This document shows, piece by piece, positions 61,611-64,000 of a stretch of 64,000 nt of DNA (position 1 is its first letter; each line of letters opens with the position of its first letter). Below the pieces are notes generated by a model that saw only the letters and a list, made by a program, of their open reading frames with translations, was not told the DNA's origin and did not search any database. A program made the position numbers and the translations under genes. The DNA lies in contig NW_027271028.1 in the NCBI RefSeq assembly GCF_040938485.1, forward strand, positions 3,286,001-3,350,000, given 5' to 3'. This DNA comes from Diadema antillarum (taxonomy: Eukaryota).

Positions 61611-64000
61611 CAGAGGGAGAAAAGAATAAAAGGAAGAAATCTAGTGCCCATGTTGCTTCCCCCTGTGTTCATACTGTGACTTGTTTTTCTGCTGGCCTTC
61701 TTACCTGCAGTGTGTCTGTGTGTGTCTGTTTGTTTGTTTGCATGTGATTGTGTGAAAGGTTGATGTGGATGTTCAGCCAACATTCTCTTCCTGCCATTCT
61801 TTTTTCTCCAAATATCATCAAAACATATTGTATGTCTTCTTTGCTCCTTCCTGGCAAGATTTTCCCCAAAAATCTTCAATTATCTGCTGGTATTAGAGGC
61901 CCTAGCGCGGTAAGCTGAATTATGCATGCATGTACAAATATTTCTCATATCATTGGAGATTATGCCAGATGTATATGCTCAGACGAATCCTTCAAAAAAA
62001 AAAAGCAAAAAAACATGACAAGATGTTTACGAGAACTTTTCCTTTTTATTTTGTGAATGATGGAGAGACGCATCCTTGCAAATTAATCAGAGTCGTGCAG
62101 AAAATGACATATATTATATTATTGCTAAGAGTATTATCAGCATCAGCAAGTGATGGCTTGTTTTTTGGAAAAAAAGAATACAAGCTCCATCTCATGTGAG
62201 ATTTGTTGAAATGGAGAGCTTGCGAAGATAGGTGAACCACCGTGCAATGTCATTAACCTGGTCACTGCCATGGATGGCTTTCTTTCTATGCAGTGCTATT
62301 ACCATAAATGAGATGGTGGCGGTGTGTACAGGGTTAATCTGCGACTGCTCAGCTGAACGATTGCCGAAGACGAGTTATGCATACATGCGAACTGTTTGTA
62401 ACAATGTGCTCAAAGAAAAAAAAATGGCAGTGAAAAACCTCTCATCATGTCTATGACTTGGCATTTTGTCACGTCTGTTTTCTTCCCTACCCATTATGTC
62501 CTCATGTGATTTCCCCTTCCTATTTTCTCTGCCCCCTCTCTCTGTCTACACTTGCATCAATCTCCAAGATCCTTCCCCCCCCCCCCCTCTTCGCCTCTTC
62601 TTGTCCCTCACCCCATCACCCATCTATCCTTCCACCTGTCATCCTTTGCCCCTCCCATCGACCCCCCATGGCATCATGTGACCCCATCCTCCTGTCTCTG
62701 ATTGGTCAGTCCAGGCTGGGCAGTGGAAGTGGTATTGTGTTTCTGACTTATATGCCTGCCAGTCACCTCTTGGGTTTGTTTCGTGGTCAGCCAAGTTTGA
62801 TGATTCAAGCCTGTCTCTTCTTTCTTTTGTCTTTTTTTTTTTTCATTTGACACACAGTTGCTACTTCTCTCATGAGCATTCCTTTCTTACAACCTTCCGT
62901 TACACGGAAATGCATACCCCCCCCCCCCCATACATTTGAACACTTAAAGAATCACATTTACTTTGACTCTTCTTCCAGGGTAATTACAAAAATAAAAGAG
63001 ACCATATAACTTTTTGTCTAATTTTAAGCACAGAGATGCCTCAAGAATTTAACCTTTGGTGTGACAATAGTCCTATTTGTATATGACCCTGCATTATTAT
63101 GTTTTCTCCTACATACATAAATAAGATGCAAATTAAATTAGAATGGAAATGACAAACAAACAGACAGACACTGGCATGAGGAGGGAACTTAGTATATATA
63201 AATGTCACTTTTTTGTTTTTGTTTTTGTTTGTGTTTGTGTTTTGTTTTGTTTTGTTGTTTTTTGGCTAGAGCCTGTTTACATTTGCAATCTTGCTGGCTG
63301 ATTAAAACCGGTGATTTTGCAAATCTGTGGGCACGTGGAAAACGTGACAGTGCATCACCGGTCGTGCTATAGGCAGAGAAACAACCAAGGGATGAGTTAC
63401 AAGTCTTCTTGCCCTGAGCTCTGGTCATCTGGGATTCTTCCAATTCCCTTACTAGTTTCAAGGAGATGCTCATCAGGTATCTGCTGCATTGAAAGAAAAA
63501 AGAGACAGATTGAGCGAAACAAAGAAAAGTCCTATATAAACAGAAAGTGTTTGAAAACAAAACAAAACAAAAAAGGATTGGGTATCTACTCAGGTATTTT
63601 TCTTGTGAATATTGGTATGAGGGACCCTGAGGTAAGAATTGCGTCCGGGCGTGCTGTTTGTTTTATCTGTTTAATCATCTGTTTATTCTTATTGACTCCG
63701 TTAGTGATTGAACTGGCCTTATTTTGGGAGGTCTTGCAAACTTCAAGAGTATTATCTGACACAAACATCCATTACAACTGTCATAGAAGTGACACATGAT
63801 GCTACTACCAACATCAAACCAAATACCTTCTTTGCCTGCAGTAAGGCCAAAATATTTTTAGCAGAAATAGAGCAGTAACTTTAGGGTGTGGCTCATACAC
63901 CACCCTGAGAAAATCATAGTCTTCCTAACCTTTCTAACCTTGTGAATCAGCTGCTTGTCTAGCTTTTATAATCAGGTATGGGACTATGTAATGTCTCAAT

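Noticed and set aside
63311-63799. 162-aa plus-strand ORF with a GAG|GTAAGA donor at ~63631
   Set aside because: The frame crosses A-rich low-complexity sequence, no strong upstream acceptor pairs with the donor, and no homology is recognised.

Overview
This is eukaryotic, AT-rich animal genomic DNA from a draft assembly with four N-gaps. The repeat content (a tRNA-derived SINE with a Deu/Nin-type core, TTAA- and TA-flanked MITEs, a DINE-1/HINE-like element, long G/C runs) points to an invertebrate deuterostome, probably an echinoderm; that is inference. No long ORF exists, and nearly all six-frame ORFs are microsatellite, gap or chance artefacts. The window looks like intronic or intergenic space of a large gene locus: a CpG-poor background, a dozen short CpG-rich islands that may be enhancers, and many small transposon relics. 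Best-supported features: five copies of an ~85-bp piggyBac-type MITE, several Tc1/mariner, Harbinger and Kolobok-type non-autonomous elements, a 1.1-kb Helentron-associated element with 5 x 157-bp repeats carrying seven perfect nuclear-receptor DR1 sites, a 138-nt hairpin element, two SINEs, a ~230-bp tandem array and a decayed LINE RT. More speculative: a set of widely spaced 22-101-nt minus-strand exon candidates, several joining in frame, a plus-strand alternative-exon cluster at 4.4-5.0 kb, and a 60-nt pre-miRNA-sized hairpin. I could not assign a gene name. Nothing here demonstrates a new biological system from sequence alone.
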